Below are positions 13,340 to 26,486 of a stretch of 64,000 bases of DNA, piece by piece. Origin of the DNA: Lineus longissimus (Eukaryota); the NCBI RefSeq assembly GCF_910592395.1, contig NC_088308.1:2170001-2234000 (forward strand), given 5' to 3'. Within the stretch, counting starts at the first letter, position 1. Every line of letters begins with the position of its first letter. The translations under genes were made by a program, and so were the position numbers. The notes beneath the pieces were generated by a model. The model saw nothing but the letters and a program-made list of their open reading frames with translations. It did no database searches and was not told where the DNA came from.

Positions 13340-13560
13340 TAGCGATAAAATGGAGAAAACGCGTCGATACGAACTCGCGCCGATCGATCGAAAATTTCAC
13401 CTTGAGTTTTGCGCATCAAAGCGGGATCCAATCAGGGACGTTCAATCTGACTTGAAAAGTGAATACATGTGCCGCGTCGTTCGGTCGTCTGGCCCGCGCA
13501 TCTGTTTTAACAGACTGTGGTCGCCATGGAAACCAGTCTGGTACTTCGGCCTTGTACTTT
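13340..13560. promoter_or_regulatory. CpG-rich island with CCAAT box and RFX X-box-like motif
   Basis: Visibly high CpG density against the background. CCAATCAG at 13428-13435 and GTCGCCATGGAAAC at 13520-13533. Confidence 0.35.
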
Positions 13561-14479
13561 TTGATGATTTTATTTCTCGTCCTATAAACTTTGAATGGAA
13601 ATGTCATTGGCTAACTATGGTGATTAAATGAATTTCAAGTGGTTTAAATTTGAGTCATACATTCTTTTAATAGTCCTGAATATTCCAGAAGAAGACACAC
13701 ATTTAGATTTGAAAGAAGTTTAACTTTAAAGAAGAAGAAATAAGTGATTCAAATTAAAGGTCTTGGGAATCATTTAAGGTTGCTTCATCAGAGAACATCA
13801 GGTTTCAGATTTGAGTTGATTGGTTGAATAGATGTTTTTATTACTGCGGTTACCATCATGACAAATTGCTTTCGTGACGAATATCCTTTGTGCTGATGAA
13901 TTTGCTGATGATCAGACAGAAAGTTAACTTCATATCACATACCTGGCTTTCAGTTGCAGCTGACAGGGCCAGAAAAAGTACCCCTAATTTGAGCAGAGTC
14001 TGAACAGTATCTAAAGACCCCTTGTGGCCTTGAGAAAATGTTCTACATGTCTTATCAGTAAAATATGAAGGCCGTGTTCCTTTTTGAAATGTAATACTTT
14101 TATCTGAAACTTCCTTTGATTGATAAGCACCGATGAGAAAAGTTTCTGAAAAAAAAGTAAGCAGATGGTGTATTATTGGCAGCTTAAACTGAGAATTTTG
14201 CATGTTATGAAGTAGATGACGAAGTGTGGAATGGATGAATTGGGAGGAAACATGGCAGGTTCTTGGTCATTGATGTGATGTACAATAAATATTGGAGCAA
14301 TTTTCGTGGGAAACTAAGGTTTCTTTTTATCACAGCACATGTGTGCACTCCAAATCACTAATCTGTTGCATGTTTAAGCGCTGCGCTAATGAGTGGTTCT
14401 TGCCCCTGTGACATGTAAAAAAAAAACCAGTGAAAAAAAAAATTGGACTAAGAAATTTTTTTGAAAACAATGCCTTGGG

Positions 14480-14940
14480 AGAGCAGCTTTGGACTTGCTA
14501 CCAAGGAGTGAGAGGGCATTGTCCAAGTTTTCTGACAAAGGGATGTCGGCTATTAAAAGTAGAAGTAAAACTTGATATAAACTTTTAATCAGTAAAAACA
14601 GGGCCGAGAAACAGCAGTTTGGGATGCTTGTCAGTGTCGGGCTCATTGAGGTGGTGCAATGGATTTTTGATTTGGATTCAAATTAATCGGATCTTTCATT
14701 CTTTGGGAAATTACAATGTCTCCTGGTTGATATTTATAGCCTATCTTGGTTTGTTACGCGGGGCAGGTGCATGGAGATTGGAGTTATTAATGTTTTAGTT
14801 CCTTTGATTGTGGTCTTGTCTGAAAGTTATGTTCAAGGTCTCGCTGATTTGTATTTAAATGAACTGCAAAACTTCATGCATTTAAATGAGTTTTAAAATC
14901 GCTTCATTTGTCTTCAGTCTGTTATTCTTTAGTGCAACAA
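14480..14940 (-). mobile_element. Possible Penelope-like RT relic
   Basis: Minus strand IPNCCFSALFLLIKSLYQ resembles the PLE DxxSLYT motif (ORF 14386..14646), preceded by a KELK..NNSNL..PA segment. Weak. Confidence 0.25.
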
Positions 14941-17199
14941 ATTATGTTGGCCTTTTGGGCTTTATCTAGTGCATCTCAATTTGGTCTTACTTTCTCAAAC
15001 ATAAGTTTCAGATATTTATCCGATAAGTTTGAAGTAAACTTTTTTCGCTAAAAAAAAACAAAAAAACAAAAAAAAAACCAAACTTTTTTCGCTATGTGTG
15101 AATTTTCTCTCTCAAGATTTTATTCATGTCTGAAGCTTTTCAGCAGTGTATCACAAAATCTCTTCTTTGCACCGTCTTTTGAAGGACCAAACAGAGTTAT
15201 TAAACGTTAGTTGCCTCGGGATCTTTACTAAATATTCCATGTGGTACCCACACTTTACCACTGAAAAGTTTTTGAAGAGTATCAGAATTGAAAGAACGAC
15301 AAGTTTCAATTTTATAAGTGGCTATTTTTCATCAAAGGATACCTCACTAGAACAGTTAATCTTAATCATGAAAACCCAATGCTTTCTTGATGAGTTTCCA
15401 ATCAATAACGAGGGGGAGGGATAAATATATTGGAAAATCCTGGAAAACAGACACTATTATCATCATCATTTGTGTGCAGATTTATAAATATCATCCAGTG
15501 TTTGTCCTTGAGAATTCTTTTTTGTGTGTAATTTGATATATTTTTCAGGTTGAAATGTACATGTATGTGGATCTCATAATTTAAGGGAATGCAAACAACT
15601 ACTATGATGCGCCTTTAAGTTTACCGGTATCGTATTATCGGTTTCGGATTATCGAGTTTTCAATCCATTTTTTGCCATCAACCTCTTTCCTGCACATTTG
15701 GGGTATGTTTCACATTACATGTATATTTAGATCATTGTGATAAAAATAAGAGATTTATTACACATCAGAAACGATCCTTGGTCCATTTCACTGTGTCTAG
15801 TGTTTCTCTGAGCTTCATATCACCCCCCAAGCCCACATTCAAAGGGGGCCTACAGGATGTCCAATTGGTAGTGCCCATTTTGCCACAGTTGGGGAACTGG
15901 GTCTGGTTTGGTTATAAAATATTCCTTGTTACAGCCTGAATAGAGTGGTGATGTATTGCGAGATTGTAAAGGCACCTATTGGTCACTTTGTGTAACTTAA
16001 TCTGGCCCACCTGACATTTGTCTATGACTATAGCCTCCCTTTAAGCCAACCAGATTTAGAACTGATTAAGATAAAACAAAACAGAATTGCTCTATCTTTA
16101 AAGTAGACATGTGAAAAAGACAGATAGTTTTGAAACTTTCTAAGAGCACTTCTTTGGATAAATTGAAGTGATTTTCCAATAAAAACGTTAAGTTGGGAAC
16201 ATGAGGGGCACTTCCAATGTCCAATACAAGTGATGTATTTGTTTTGATTCTTTCAAGAACATGTTTTGTGATGTCTGTTTCTTGAAGTGCTCAATCTGAA
16301 TGTGTTAACTCCTTATTATCAATGTTGGCTTTCTTAATAATTTTGACATAATTACAACAAAAATCATGTATGTGTCCAGCTCTTTGGGAACAAAATGGTC
16401 AAAGTTTCACATCAAAATCTCAATCCAGTAGGCTTAGTTCAGTAAAAAACCTCTGATTGGAGTTCTTGTTTTACGGTCTATAATTGTGCTCAAGGACTCC
16501 AAACTGTGGAACACGAGATGCTCAGAACAAGATTCTTTGCAGTGAAATTGAAGGGTTAAGGTGTATTGTAAGGTTCTTTCTCTCATCCTAGAGACTATTG
16601 ATTGAAAAACCACCATCCACAGTACTTTTGATCTATTTTAATCCCCCAATTAGCTTGAAAACAGAACCAAACCTTTGAGGTATTGTTGGAAGCTTTTCTC
16701 TCTTTATCTCTGTGTTATTGTCTGTGTCCTTTAGATGGTAATCTGGAGGAATTCAAAGGAGTTTGATCTTTGGGAGCAGCAGGGGTCTCGATTGGCAGAT
16801 ATCTGAGTCTGTTTTGTCAATAACCAATTTTTCCACCTAAAGTAACCCCTCCCCCTCTTTCGCATTGCCCTTATTAAATTAGGGATTTGAATTCAATCAT
16901 TTCTGTAAGGAAAACCACTCGTTTTCAATAGGGCTGATATTTTCATGAGAGGGGATTTATAGTAAAAGGGCGAAATTTAGGATTTGAACATGTGGTTAAA
17001 TTAATGATTTTATCGTTAAAAGATGCACCCAATTGCCAAAATTAATGGAAGCAACTTTGAGTATGATATTTTACAAACGTCTATGTCCAACATTCACTCT
17101 AATATCTCATGCCAAATATAGCATTTTGTATATTTGCAGATGAAAAGCTGTAATGTGATTCAGGTAGGAACAAACCAACCAGAATTTAACTTCATTTCA

Positions 17200-17900
17200 G
17201 AAAATATCGCTCCGTTTAACTTAACCTTGTACGAACGAGACTTTCGTCAGTCCGCCAACGCTCCGATAAAATGTCACCAGACCCATTTGGCGCGAACCCA
17301 TACATCAAAGCACCCATCGGGATTGCTCAATGTTTCATAATCATATCGGCGGGAAATCGTCCTTGGGAGTCGATCGTCTGTCGTCTGCAGCTATTTCTGC
17401 ACCAATAAAGCGGGATTTTTTCCGTCACTGCTGCAATTCAACAAGACGTTATAGGGATGTGTGATGCATGAAAAACCAGACGTCTGCATTTTAAAATCAC
17501 CCGCTGTCATTTAAATCATCGCACATCTTGGACTTGGCTGCGTAAAATCAATGAGAGAAGCATCGTGGGTATATACATCAATATATGTGCATATTTGCCG
17601 TTGTCTCCTGATGCCACGTCATAGTCGATTCTTTACCCACAACGTTCCATCGTTGTTGTCGCAAGATCTCTTTTCCAGATTTGGGCAATATATAAACAAT
17701 GCGCCAGCAATGGATAGTCATATCTACAACCTTGGTATATTTATTGTCGCAAATGGGGTCGGCTCTCCACTGTTGATCTCCATACGGTTACCATGGAAAC
17801 GGACAGAAAAACTGCATGATTTAAGTGGATGTTGATGAGTCTGTGAAGTGCATATTTACATCAGTTGCCAGACGATCTGGCTGTCATGTGGCCGTAGGGA
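17200..17900. promoter_or_regulatory. CpG-rich non-coding island with X-box-like motif
   Basis: Elevated CpG, no TE motifs recognised, GTTACCATGGAAAC at 17787-17800. Confidence 0.3.
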
Positions 17901-18220
17901 AATATATTTTGGGCAGGTTGATCATAGATCAGTCAGCAAGGGTAGAACACTAAGAATGGCAGCCTTGATGAGAGTTTTTTAGAGGCAGCCCCCTCCCCGC
18001 TCCCAGAGATAGTTGTGTCCCATAGTAGTGCAGGATGGCAGTTTTTTCAACAATAACGATACATTTTGTCATTGCGAAATGTGTCCTTTTTGGCATGTCA
18101 ACGGCTCTAAATGTCAAGTGGATGATAATCCTGACACTATAAATTGTCGCCTTGATGCTATTGCTTTTTTATGAGCATCACTGAGCCAGGTGTAGGGGTA
18201 GTAAGTCATGCATCATAATT

Positions 18221-19460
18221 GGTAGGAGAGAAGGATAACCCCCATCCCCTCCACCCACAGTTTCAGCACTTGTGATAGGTAGCCCAAAGCATCATACGTT
18301 TGGTAGAATAGTGTTAGCTGTCAGGGTTATTTAGAATCATGGCTTCAAGGCTGCCTGGCGTAGGACTGTCTGATAGGAGAGTAGGATAACCCCCATCCCC
18401 TCCACCCACAGTTTCAGCACTTGTGATAGGTAGCCCAAAGCATCATACGTTTGGTAGAATAGTGTTGGCTGTCAGGGTTATTTAGAATCATGGCTTCAAA
18501 GCTGCCTGGCATTGGACTGTTTGATAGGAGAGTAGGATAACCCCATCCCCTCCACCCACAGTTTCAGCACTTGTGATAGGTAGCCCAAATCATCATACGT
18601 TTGGTAGAATAGTGTTAGCTGTCAGGGTTATTTAGAATCATGGCTTGAAGGCTGCCTGGCATAGGACTGTCTGATAGGAGAGTAGAATAACCCCCATTCC
18701 GTCCACCCATAGTTTCAGCACTTGTGATAGGTAGCCCAAATCATCATACGTTTGGTAGAATAGTGTTAGCTGTCTGGGTTATTTAGAATCATGGCTTCAA
18801 GGCTTCCTAGCGTAGGACTGTCTGGTAGGAGAGTAGGATAACCCCCATCCCCTCCACCCACAGTTTCAGCACTTGTGATAGGTAGCCCAAATCATCATAC
18901 GTTTGGTAGAATAGTGTTAGCTGTCTGGGTTATTTAGAACCATGGCTTCAAGGCTGCCTGGCGTAGGACTGTCTGGTAGGAGAGTAGGATAACCCCCATC
19001 CCCTCCAACCACAGTTTCAGCACTAGTGACAGGTAGCCCAAAGCATCATACGTTTGGTAGAATAGTGTTAGCTGTCAGGGTTATTAAGAATCATGGCCTG
19101 GCGTAGGACTGTCTGATAGGAGAGTAGACCCCCATATCCTCACCCACAAAGTTACAGCACTTGTGATGCAGCCAGCAAGTGCTTTGACTGCCAAAAGCAT
19201 CATTTGGTTGGTGGTGTAGCATTAGCTCTCAGGGCTATAGAGAATCCCGACCTTGATGTTGTGTAGCTTCTTATCATTGGCCTAGTGCTAGGACTGTAGA
19301 AGAGTAGAATAACCTGCAGCATTTGTGATAGGCAGCCAAAAGCATCATGTGGTTGCTGGTGTAGTGTTGGCTGTTATCGTGGCTTTGATCAAGTCACAGG
19401 TACCATCATGACCATGATGTCCTATAGCTTCTTGTGGCCGGGAGCTAGGACTGTATGGTA
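18221..19460. repeat. Tandem array, 151-bp unit, ~6 well-conserved copies plus ~2 degenerate copies on the right
   Basis: Marker GTTTCAGCACT at 18260, 18411, 18561, 18712, 18863 and 19014 (150-151 bp period). Diverged units continue to ~19460. Confidence 0.97.
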
Positions 19461-20303
19461 GGTCTTACATGTAACTCTGATGCATTATCAATAAATCTAT
19501 GCAGCAAACGAGGAGTTTCGTCCACTGGCAAATTTACAAACAATTAGTACTTCGAAGATTTCATGGTTCAGGGTAGCCTACTAATAACTGTAGAGTGCTT
19601 GAGACTCCCAGCTTTTTCCTGGCATCTCAAGGTGCAGCAGCAAAGGTAAGGTCATAAACGACACTTTAAAGTTAACGTCAAGGAGTGGCCAATTTGTTTT
19701 GAACACTGAGACTTATTCTTTCTGATATTTCTTTGAATTTCATTTCATTTATGCTGGATGTAATTTGATATGCTAATATCAATGACTTGAGGGTTAGGAA
19801 GTTTCAATGCGTCTACTTTACATTTCCCAGTGGAAGCCGTACAAGGGAGCGCTCTGTTCTTCCCCCTAGGGAGGCACTCCTAACAGCAGCCCTGACAGGA
19901 GTTCAAAGGTTTTAAACGGCAGGTGCATATATAATGCAGCGGCCTTGAAGAGCTGGCGGATAATATTTGAAAGTGTGAATATGGTATTACAGCTAATTAC
20001 CAGAACATGACAGGAGCATTTGCTGCATACTAAGTGAGTGATTGGAACAATTTATTCAGTCGTTTATTCTCTTTAAAAAAATCTTCTTCCACCATGGCTG
20101 ATCATTTAATTAATGTACAAGAGCTGAATATGCAAGTAATGTCATACATTACATTATTTTGCCCCTTACCTCGCAGTTAAAAGAGTTCATGCCAAGCCAA
20201 ACGCACTGTCTATTGTCTTCAAACAATGCCTGCTTGCACCTTGGCCTAAGTTCCACATTGTTCAGGGCAAATCTTGATAACATCGACCCCCACGAAGCAG
20301 CTT

Positions 20304-20950
20304 TCATAGGGGTCTATAGGCCTCAACTGGCAAGGGCAAATACAGTAATGTAGGCACTGTTTTTAGCATTGGTGTACTCTGAATGATTCTGGTAAACCTT
20401 CTGTTGGTGAGGGGAACCATTACAAGGTATTTCTGTGCTGACAATAACAAAGCCAGTATCACTTGACCAATGCCACTAGTCTCTAGAGGTTGGCGTTTAT
20501 CATCCCCACTGAGGTAACTAAACTGTCTAACAATGTAAACAACAGAAACGAATCTCAACAATCAGATAAAACCCACAAAAAACGAATCTTTGATTTCTTC
20601 ACATCCTGACATTCCAATTCCCCGGAGTACTTTCCATTCTGACAACGGCATCGCCTCAAACAAATCGATGCAGACTTCATTAGCCACTTGCAGCGCTGCT
20701 GTCTGATATCTGTCTGCGGCACTATAGATTTATTGATAAAAACCCTCCGAGATGAGATGTCTTATCGTATCATTACCTTGGTAAAAAAGGCGGCTAATGT
20801 GCCACAATAGCTAACAGGAAGCTATTGTAGTCCCACTACGTATTTGCTATTCGTTGACGAGGATAATTAGTGACCTTCCCTTCTGCAGTGATGAGGCTTG
20901 TCCGGCTGCTGTGGAAAAAAACTTGTCTATCTCTCTAATGGCGTACTGCC
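20304..20950 (-). pseudogene. Decayed BTB/POZ-BACK domain gene fragment (kelch/BTBD-like)
   Basis: One minus frame reads LFYQGNDTIRHLISEGFYQ*IYSAADRYQTAALQVANEVC...GCEEIKDSF, resembling the BTB C-terminus (YTG...AAxxYQ..L...C) and BACK start. ORF 20304..20561 (QFSYLS...VPL) resembles BACK. In-frame stop and frameshifts. Confidence 0.45.
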
Positions 20951-21099
20951 TGCAGTTTGATCGGCAAGATCATAGTCTTCATCAGAATTAAGTTGGCCAA
21001 TTTGTAAGAAGATTTCATTTTGAAAAGACTCCTTTATCAATCGATGTGTATGTAGGATTGTCTGATGCTTGTGTTAGAAAACTGTGCCAAATGTTGTTA

Positions 21100-22400
21100 C
21101 CAAGAAATCATTTCTCAACATGTTCAAGAAGGATGGATTGCGATCAAGAATCCTTCATTGTGTTTAGTCTCTCTCTACATGTAAATAATGGCATGCCTCG
21201 CTGCTGAAAGAACATTATCGGAAAAGGGTCTGTGAGGAACTGTCCTTCCTTTGAGAAGCCTAACTGCAGTGGTCATCTCTTTCTTATGCCACTTGATACT
21301 TACTTATTGCAGCCGAATTGTTAAAGATTTTTTCTTGAGAAAAGTAGATACTTGTGGCAGTTAAGAAGTGCAGTTGGCATTATCAATTGTTAGAGTCCTG
21401 ACCCACCCTTCTTGATATTGGCATGGGCAAAAAGTATAAGAATCATTCTCAAATGGAGAACAAAAATGCAGTCACTGAACTGCACTCCCTTATAATAACT
21501 GGTAAGGTTACCACATGGAAATCATTTTCTGAAGAGACTGTACAGACAATGCTGAAAAAGGATGATGGCGTTTCAAGAGTACTCCAGCTAACTGACCACT
21601 CCCTGGTATAAGAAGGTATAAGAATGCTAACACATTTTTCTGGGGGAATGACCAATGTTGAAATCTGGGCACACCCTTCTTGCATTTTCTGAGCAGTTGG
21701 CACAGACAATGCCAAACCCAATGGATGATGGTCATTTAAGAGTCTTCCAGCAACTGACCAATGCATGTTACCAAGTGGAATTCTTTTTCAAGTACCTCTT
21801 GTGCTTCTCTTGCCAATGGCTATATGTGGACATTCATGCAAAAAAGTGTTTGTTCTAACTTGGAGATGATTTATTCATGCTAACGTATTGTTTTTGCCTC
21901 GACTGGCTCAAATGGTAATGTTGGCTTCTTCAAAGTTGGAAATGATAAAGGCTGGTATTTGTCTTATGACACTGCTGATTATGGGGCAGTCACCATTTAC
22001 AGCACCCCATATAGAAGATATTTTGTTGCAGCTGCCCGCAATTAATATCACATCTGACAAAACTCACTCATTTGGGGTGCTTATCACACAGGTGCCTGCA
22101 ACAAGTATTGGTACATGTGGCATGTTTTACTGGTAAACAGTGGACTGTTTATAGCAAAGTTGACATTGCAAAAACTTTTAACAAAAATCCATCAGATCCA
22201 CTCATCTTAAACAAGAGAACAGATGCAAGTAGTTCTTGTCAAAACCTATCCGACCCAGAGAGACAGACAGTAAAGCCCTCAAAATGTGTTGGATTGCCTG
22301 GATGGATTGCCTGGAGGATGTCTGAAGGATGTCACACCATTGCCTCTTACATCCCAAGGTGAGCACTGGCACATCTTCGGGGCAAAATATGGTGTGTCTA
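21100..22400 (+). mobile_element. Possible decayed hAT (ZBED-like) transposase relic
   Basis: Plus strand AVTELH...SRVLQ...EIW...AVGTDNAKPN (~21470-21725) resembles hAT VTAH...VLQT...W...VTDNAxN. DPL...P...VKPS..GWI (~22200-22310) lies where the dimerisation domain would be. Confidence 0.3.
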
Positions 22401-22649
22401 TTGAATCGATTATGATGTTTGACTTGGTATTTGTGCAAATAGGTGGTGTGTAAACGAAAAGGCTGCTAATATCAAACAAAATATGTGTTTTTATGGTTGT
22501 CGTTTGCTTTAAATTTCAAGATAGATCCTTGAATAAGTAGCTGTAGCCAGTAGTCCTTTCGTCATATGTCTTGTTTTTTCTTTCTACTCCTTTTGGATTC
22601 AACAGATTCCCCCTCCCCCCTCCCTATACAAGTAACCAGGTACATTTTT

Positions 22650-24700
22650 TCAAGAAAACCACCTGCAGTGATGAAAATCTGGGCTGCCATCCAAGCCAGT
22701 ACCAGACCCGCCCAAACCGAATTTGCGATATTAATTCATTGCCGCAGACAAGAGCTCAAGCTTTCTATTTTGCGAGGCGATTACCGATGATGGATTTTTT
22801 CCCAGACATAACATCAATTTCCTTCCAATTGAGTGAAGCCGTTAGTTGCATGCGATCAGTCAGGTGGGCTGAAGATGTGACAATGAAACCGGAGCAATTT
22901 GTATCAGGGCTCCTCCGTCATTTTGAGTCATGTGCAGGATTTTGATAAAGTGGGACCACAGACTTGAAATAGGGTGAGATTTTTGTTCACAATTTGAAAT
23001 ACATCATTTCCAAGACTTGCATTGCTGCTAACGATATGATGGCTGTGACTGAAGATGGCTTGAATGACTTCATGGCCAACAAAGATGTCAAATCGCTTTC
23101 TTAGTTTTCGGGCTGTTGATGATGTAAGTTTATGTCATACTCTATGGCAAAGAAATGCAAGACCCTTGTCTAAGATCCAGTCTGTAAAACGAACTGGTTA
23201 CAGCTGCCAGTTCAAGTCGCAAACTACATGTCCTAATCATGATTGCTGTCTACTCCAACTAGCAAAAAAGCAACCTAGTCAATGACTCTCCATCTGCTCT
23301 AGCTACTGCAAGTCAGACTCCCAACACTCTCTCTGTGTTTTTTCAACCCTTACACAGTACTTGGTTCTGGTCCAATTTTCCCTGTGAGTGCAAAAAGCAA
23401 ACGAGTCAATGACACTCCATACACTTGACTTGATCCTAAGGTAAGGATAAAAATGAGTAAGCTTTTTCTGCTGATCTTTTGCTTGAAGTAATGTACCAGT
23501 GCTGCTGTGGGCTCTTTTCTGCCAAGTCAACATGCAGTACATAAAAGCATAATATCTTTGGTAAAATGTAGGTACTTTATATGATTGGAAAAACTAGATG
23601 GTGATGGGATAAAAGACTACTTGTTGTAATTGTTATGTGCCCTACCCCAGAAGGTGTTGAACTTCAGGTGCATCTGTGATGCTGTAGCCTTGAAGGGTGG
23701 ATGTTCGAAAGTGCCTAAAAGAGCCCTACCCTATTAGACAAAGATTCTTGAAGTGGATAAGAGTTTTCCTTAATCTGGTTCGCCAATTAAGCATTTGCGG
23801 TGATGGAGTTATTCTTAACCGTACTCGCCACCAAAATAAGGATAAAAATGAGTAATTTTTTTCTGCTTATCTTTTGCTTGAAGTAATGTACCAGTGCTGT
23901 TGTGGGCTCTTTTCAGTCATAATGTAACTCTGTATAAATACTGTTACTCTGTTAATAGGAGTCTTAAGTTATGCTGTTACTACAACTTGTCGCAACTCAG
24001 TTGTCTCTTCAGCAAAAACAATTGTTAGATTGTTGAAGCCAAATTTGACAGTCCTGCTGTAAAAGTTTTCAAGAAGTGTCCATCAACCATGGCAGAACTG
24101 TATTTATCCACACCATTGCAATTGCTTGTGAATTTCCTTTCCAACTACATCACTGTTTGTATTTGTCTAGGGTTAGTAGACATTGTTCAAATTGAGACAC
24201 TTAATACACCCGCTATTTTTAAAGTACAACTGCTCGTCTTTCAGCTCTGTCAAGTACGTCTAAGTGAGAGAGTTGCATTTCTCCTTTTGATTTAAGGGTG
24301 TGTAGACAGTTGTAGAAAGAACTTCATGCTCATGAGATGAACAGGTTTTGTAGCGCTGGGTTATGCTGTTATTGCTTGGAAGAACGAGAGGAATGGCACA
24401 TGACCTTATCATTGCTTGGTCATCGTTTCGATTCCCAACACTAGCTGCCACGCACACTTGCAATGCTGAGTAAGTTGCTTCACTTCGACGCAAGCATGCA
24501 AAATACTACATCACCATCCAAGTTGACAGCAGCTTGTGATGGCCTCTTCCTCTGGACTTGGGTTGTAGCCAAAGTCACTACTCCTATTACTCCAATTGGC
24601 CTGGAATGGTTGTGGCACACAAAATGTTCATATCCCACCTTGGAGGAAAAATATTCCCTCAAAAGAATAACTTTCAGCTGCTGAGTCAGGGCCACAGAAG
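22650..24700 (-). mobile_element. Decayed Ty3/Gypsy pol relic (protease-RT-RNaseH)
   Basis: Minus-strand motifs in pol order: RPIGVIGVVTL (protease end, ORF 24480..24695), YLYRVTL*LKRA (RLxFG-like, ~23905-23940), LIFILILVAST (YxDDILV-like), THRENW, LGHVV (~23225), GGALIQ (~22905-22920), FTQLEG (YSQxEKE-like, ~22820-22837). Confidence 0.6.
23442..23914. repeat. 78-bp direct repeat pair inside the Gypsy RT relic
   Basis: TAAGGATAAAAATGAGTAA...GTGGGCTCTTTTC at 23442-23519 and 23837-23914 with few mismatches. Confidence 0.95.
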
Positions 24701-24885
24701 AAGCAGAGGAAAATCATTGATTGAACAGTCTTTATTTTTCTAGAGATATCAATCTTATATTTGAAAGACATTGCATTTTTGTCTCGTCTATTGTTTTTGT
24801 CTCAGCCACCCCTTTAAAAAAACCTGGATGTAACAAATATAATGAAGGATGCTGAAGTATTTGGTGTTGTTGTTGGTAATGTTAG

Positions 24886-24908
24886 TTATGTTTTCTCTTT
24901 AGGTATGT
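24886..24908 (+). other. Candidate recursive splice site (3'SS immediately followed by 5'SS)
   Basis: TTATGTTTTCTCTTTAG|GTATGT, junction 24902/24903. Confidence 0.45.
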
Positions 24909-25734
24909 CTAGTGTACTATAACATGACTACCTTTACCTGCTTATCATTCTTGTATCATTTGTAGTAAATATTTCTGGAAACTGTTCCATGTTTACTGAG
25001 ATAGAAACTAATAAGCCACTCTTGCTAGTTGTAGCAGTTTTCGTCTCGAGTATTAACCCCTTCAGGGCAAATAGCTCATAATTCAAGGAAAATATTACTT
25101 TGAGATTCTCAGACTGGATGTTTTTGCAGCTTCTCCCAAAATGGTTAGGACCATGGACTGTAGGTATAACCTGACTTAAGAGATAAAGCATCAGTGCTTC
25201 ATTGATGTGGAAACATTTCTTGTGTTAATGCTAAGCTTTAGAGTGGCACTGCCCATGCGTTTGCCAGTTAGTCTTTTGACACTGTAAACTAACAATTTTC
25301 TGAAAAAGTCAGCCTTTCTTTGTTGATATGTTACAAGCTAATTAAGTCTGCAATTACAGCTAAGGGTTAATTCTCTTAATCTATGTTGCATTCTCAGTTA
25401 ATATCAAATGTATAAAATTTGACAGGTATGTATGAGCAAAGTTAAATATTTGTCTTTTATGTGCCGTAGCCTTTAGTTAATGGAATGGAATTAATCTCTC
25501 GGAAATGATGTTGAATTAATCATGGTATCTCATGCTCCCATTATATCAGCAGAGAGTGATTGTTTGTTATCAGCACTAGACACTCAAATTCAATTTCATA
25601 AATTTAACCCTTGAGGGCAGATGAATGCATCCGTGAAGTTAGGTGGCAAGGTCTGTGGAACGTTAGAATGCTGCTATGACTGATTTCCCTTCCATTAACC
25701 ATGGTGCCAAATCGATTGACCGTACTAAACATTA

Positions 25735-26486
25735 CCAGCTATTGCGGGCCTAGCACACTCTGTTTTGAATAGAGGGAGACTCCATCATTCCTATTGTTTG
25801 AGATTGGAAAGGTGTGAATTAATCTGGCAATTAGCCTCCTGTGCATTGGTGCATACAAACACTAAAATGTTTGGTTTTTGCTGATTTAGGGTCAAATAAA
25901 TCAGCCAAAAGTTTTGAAAGCTTCACAAATGATTGTTGCAAGGAAGTACTTTATGATAGTTTGCGAAATTTTGATTAATTCTAGGTGGAAAGTAATATTT
26001 TTCGCATATTTGTTGGGAAAAAAATTGAAAATCCTCCAATTTTCAACCCCCCTATGGACACTATGAATTTTTCTCCAATAAAGCTGAAATCTTGGGAATA
26101 TAATCCTAAGAGTTATATCAACCACGTCTGAAGTCGGGAGTTTGTATCAAATGTATAGTTTCGGAGCTAGCGCAGCTAGAAAAGCCCCCAAAACCCACTT
26201 TCTCAGGAATTTACACTACGGGCTACGAGTGAAGCATTACAGATTTACTAAAATTTTCAACCTATAGATGGACACATCGAATTTCCATCCAAATCACTCC
26301 AAATTTTGCCAGTAAATACCTAGACATATATAGAATTGTGTCAGAAGTCGGGAGTTGGGATTATTTTAACACCCCGCCCAAAAAGCCAACTTTATTGATA
26401 TTTCCTATGCATTTTCCATTAGGCTTGCCAGGACCAATTAAGCAGGTGCACTAATTGGCTTAATTGGCTAGGCCCGCAATAGCTGG
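25735..26486. mobile_element. ~750-bp non-autonomous TIR element (MITE), probably TA-inserting Tc1/mariner type
   Basis: Perfect 25-bp inverted repeat CATTACCAGCTATTGCGGGCCTAGC (25730-25754) / 26467-26491. It parses as a TA TSD plus a 20-bp TIR starting CCAG. No transposase inside. Confidence 0.85.

Noticed and set aside
18221..19170. Retrozyme or hammerhead-containing tandem repeat
   Set aside because: No CTGANGA...GAAA core on either strand of the 151-bp unit.
25415..25431. Fourth AG|GT site (TTTGACAG|GTATGT)
   Set aside because: Poor pyrimidine tract, so compatible with chance. Likewise 5250-5266 (weak donor) and 62757-62768 (AAG, no tract).
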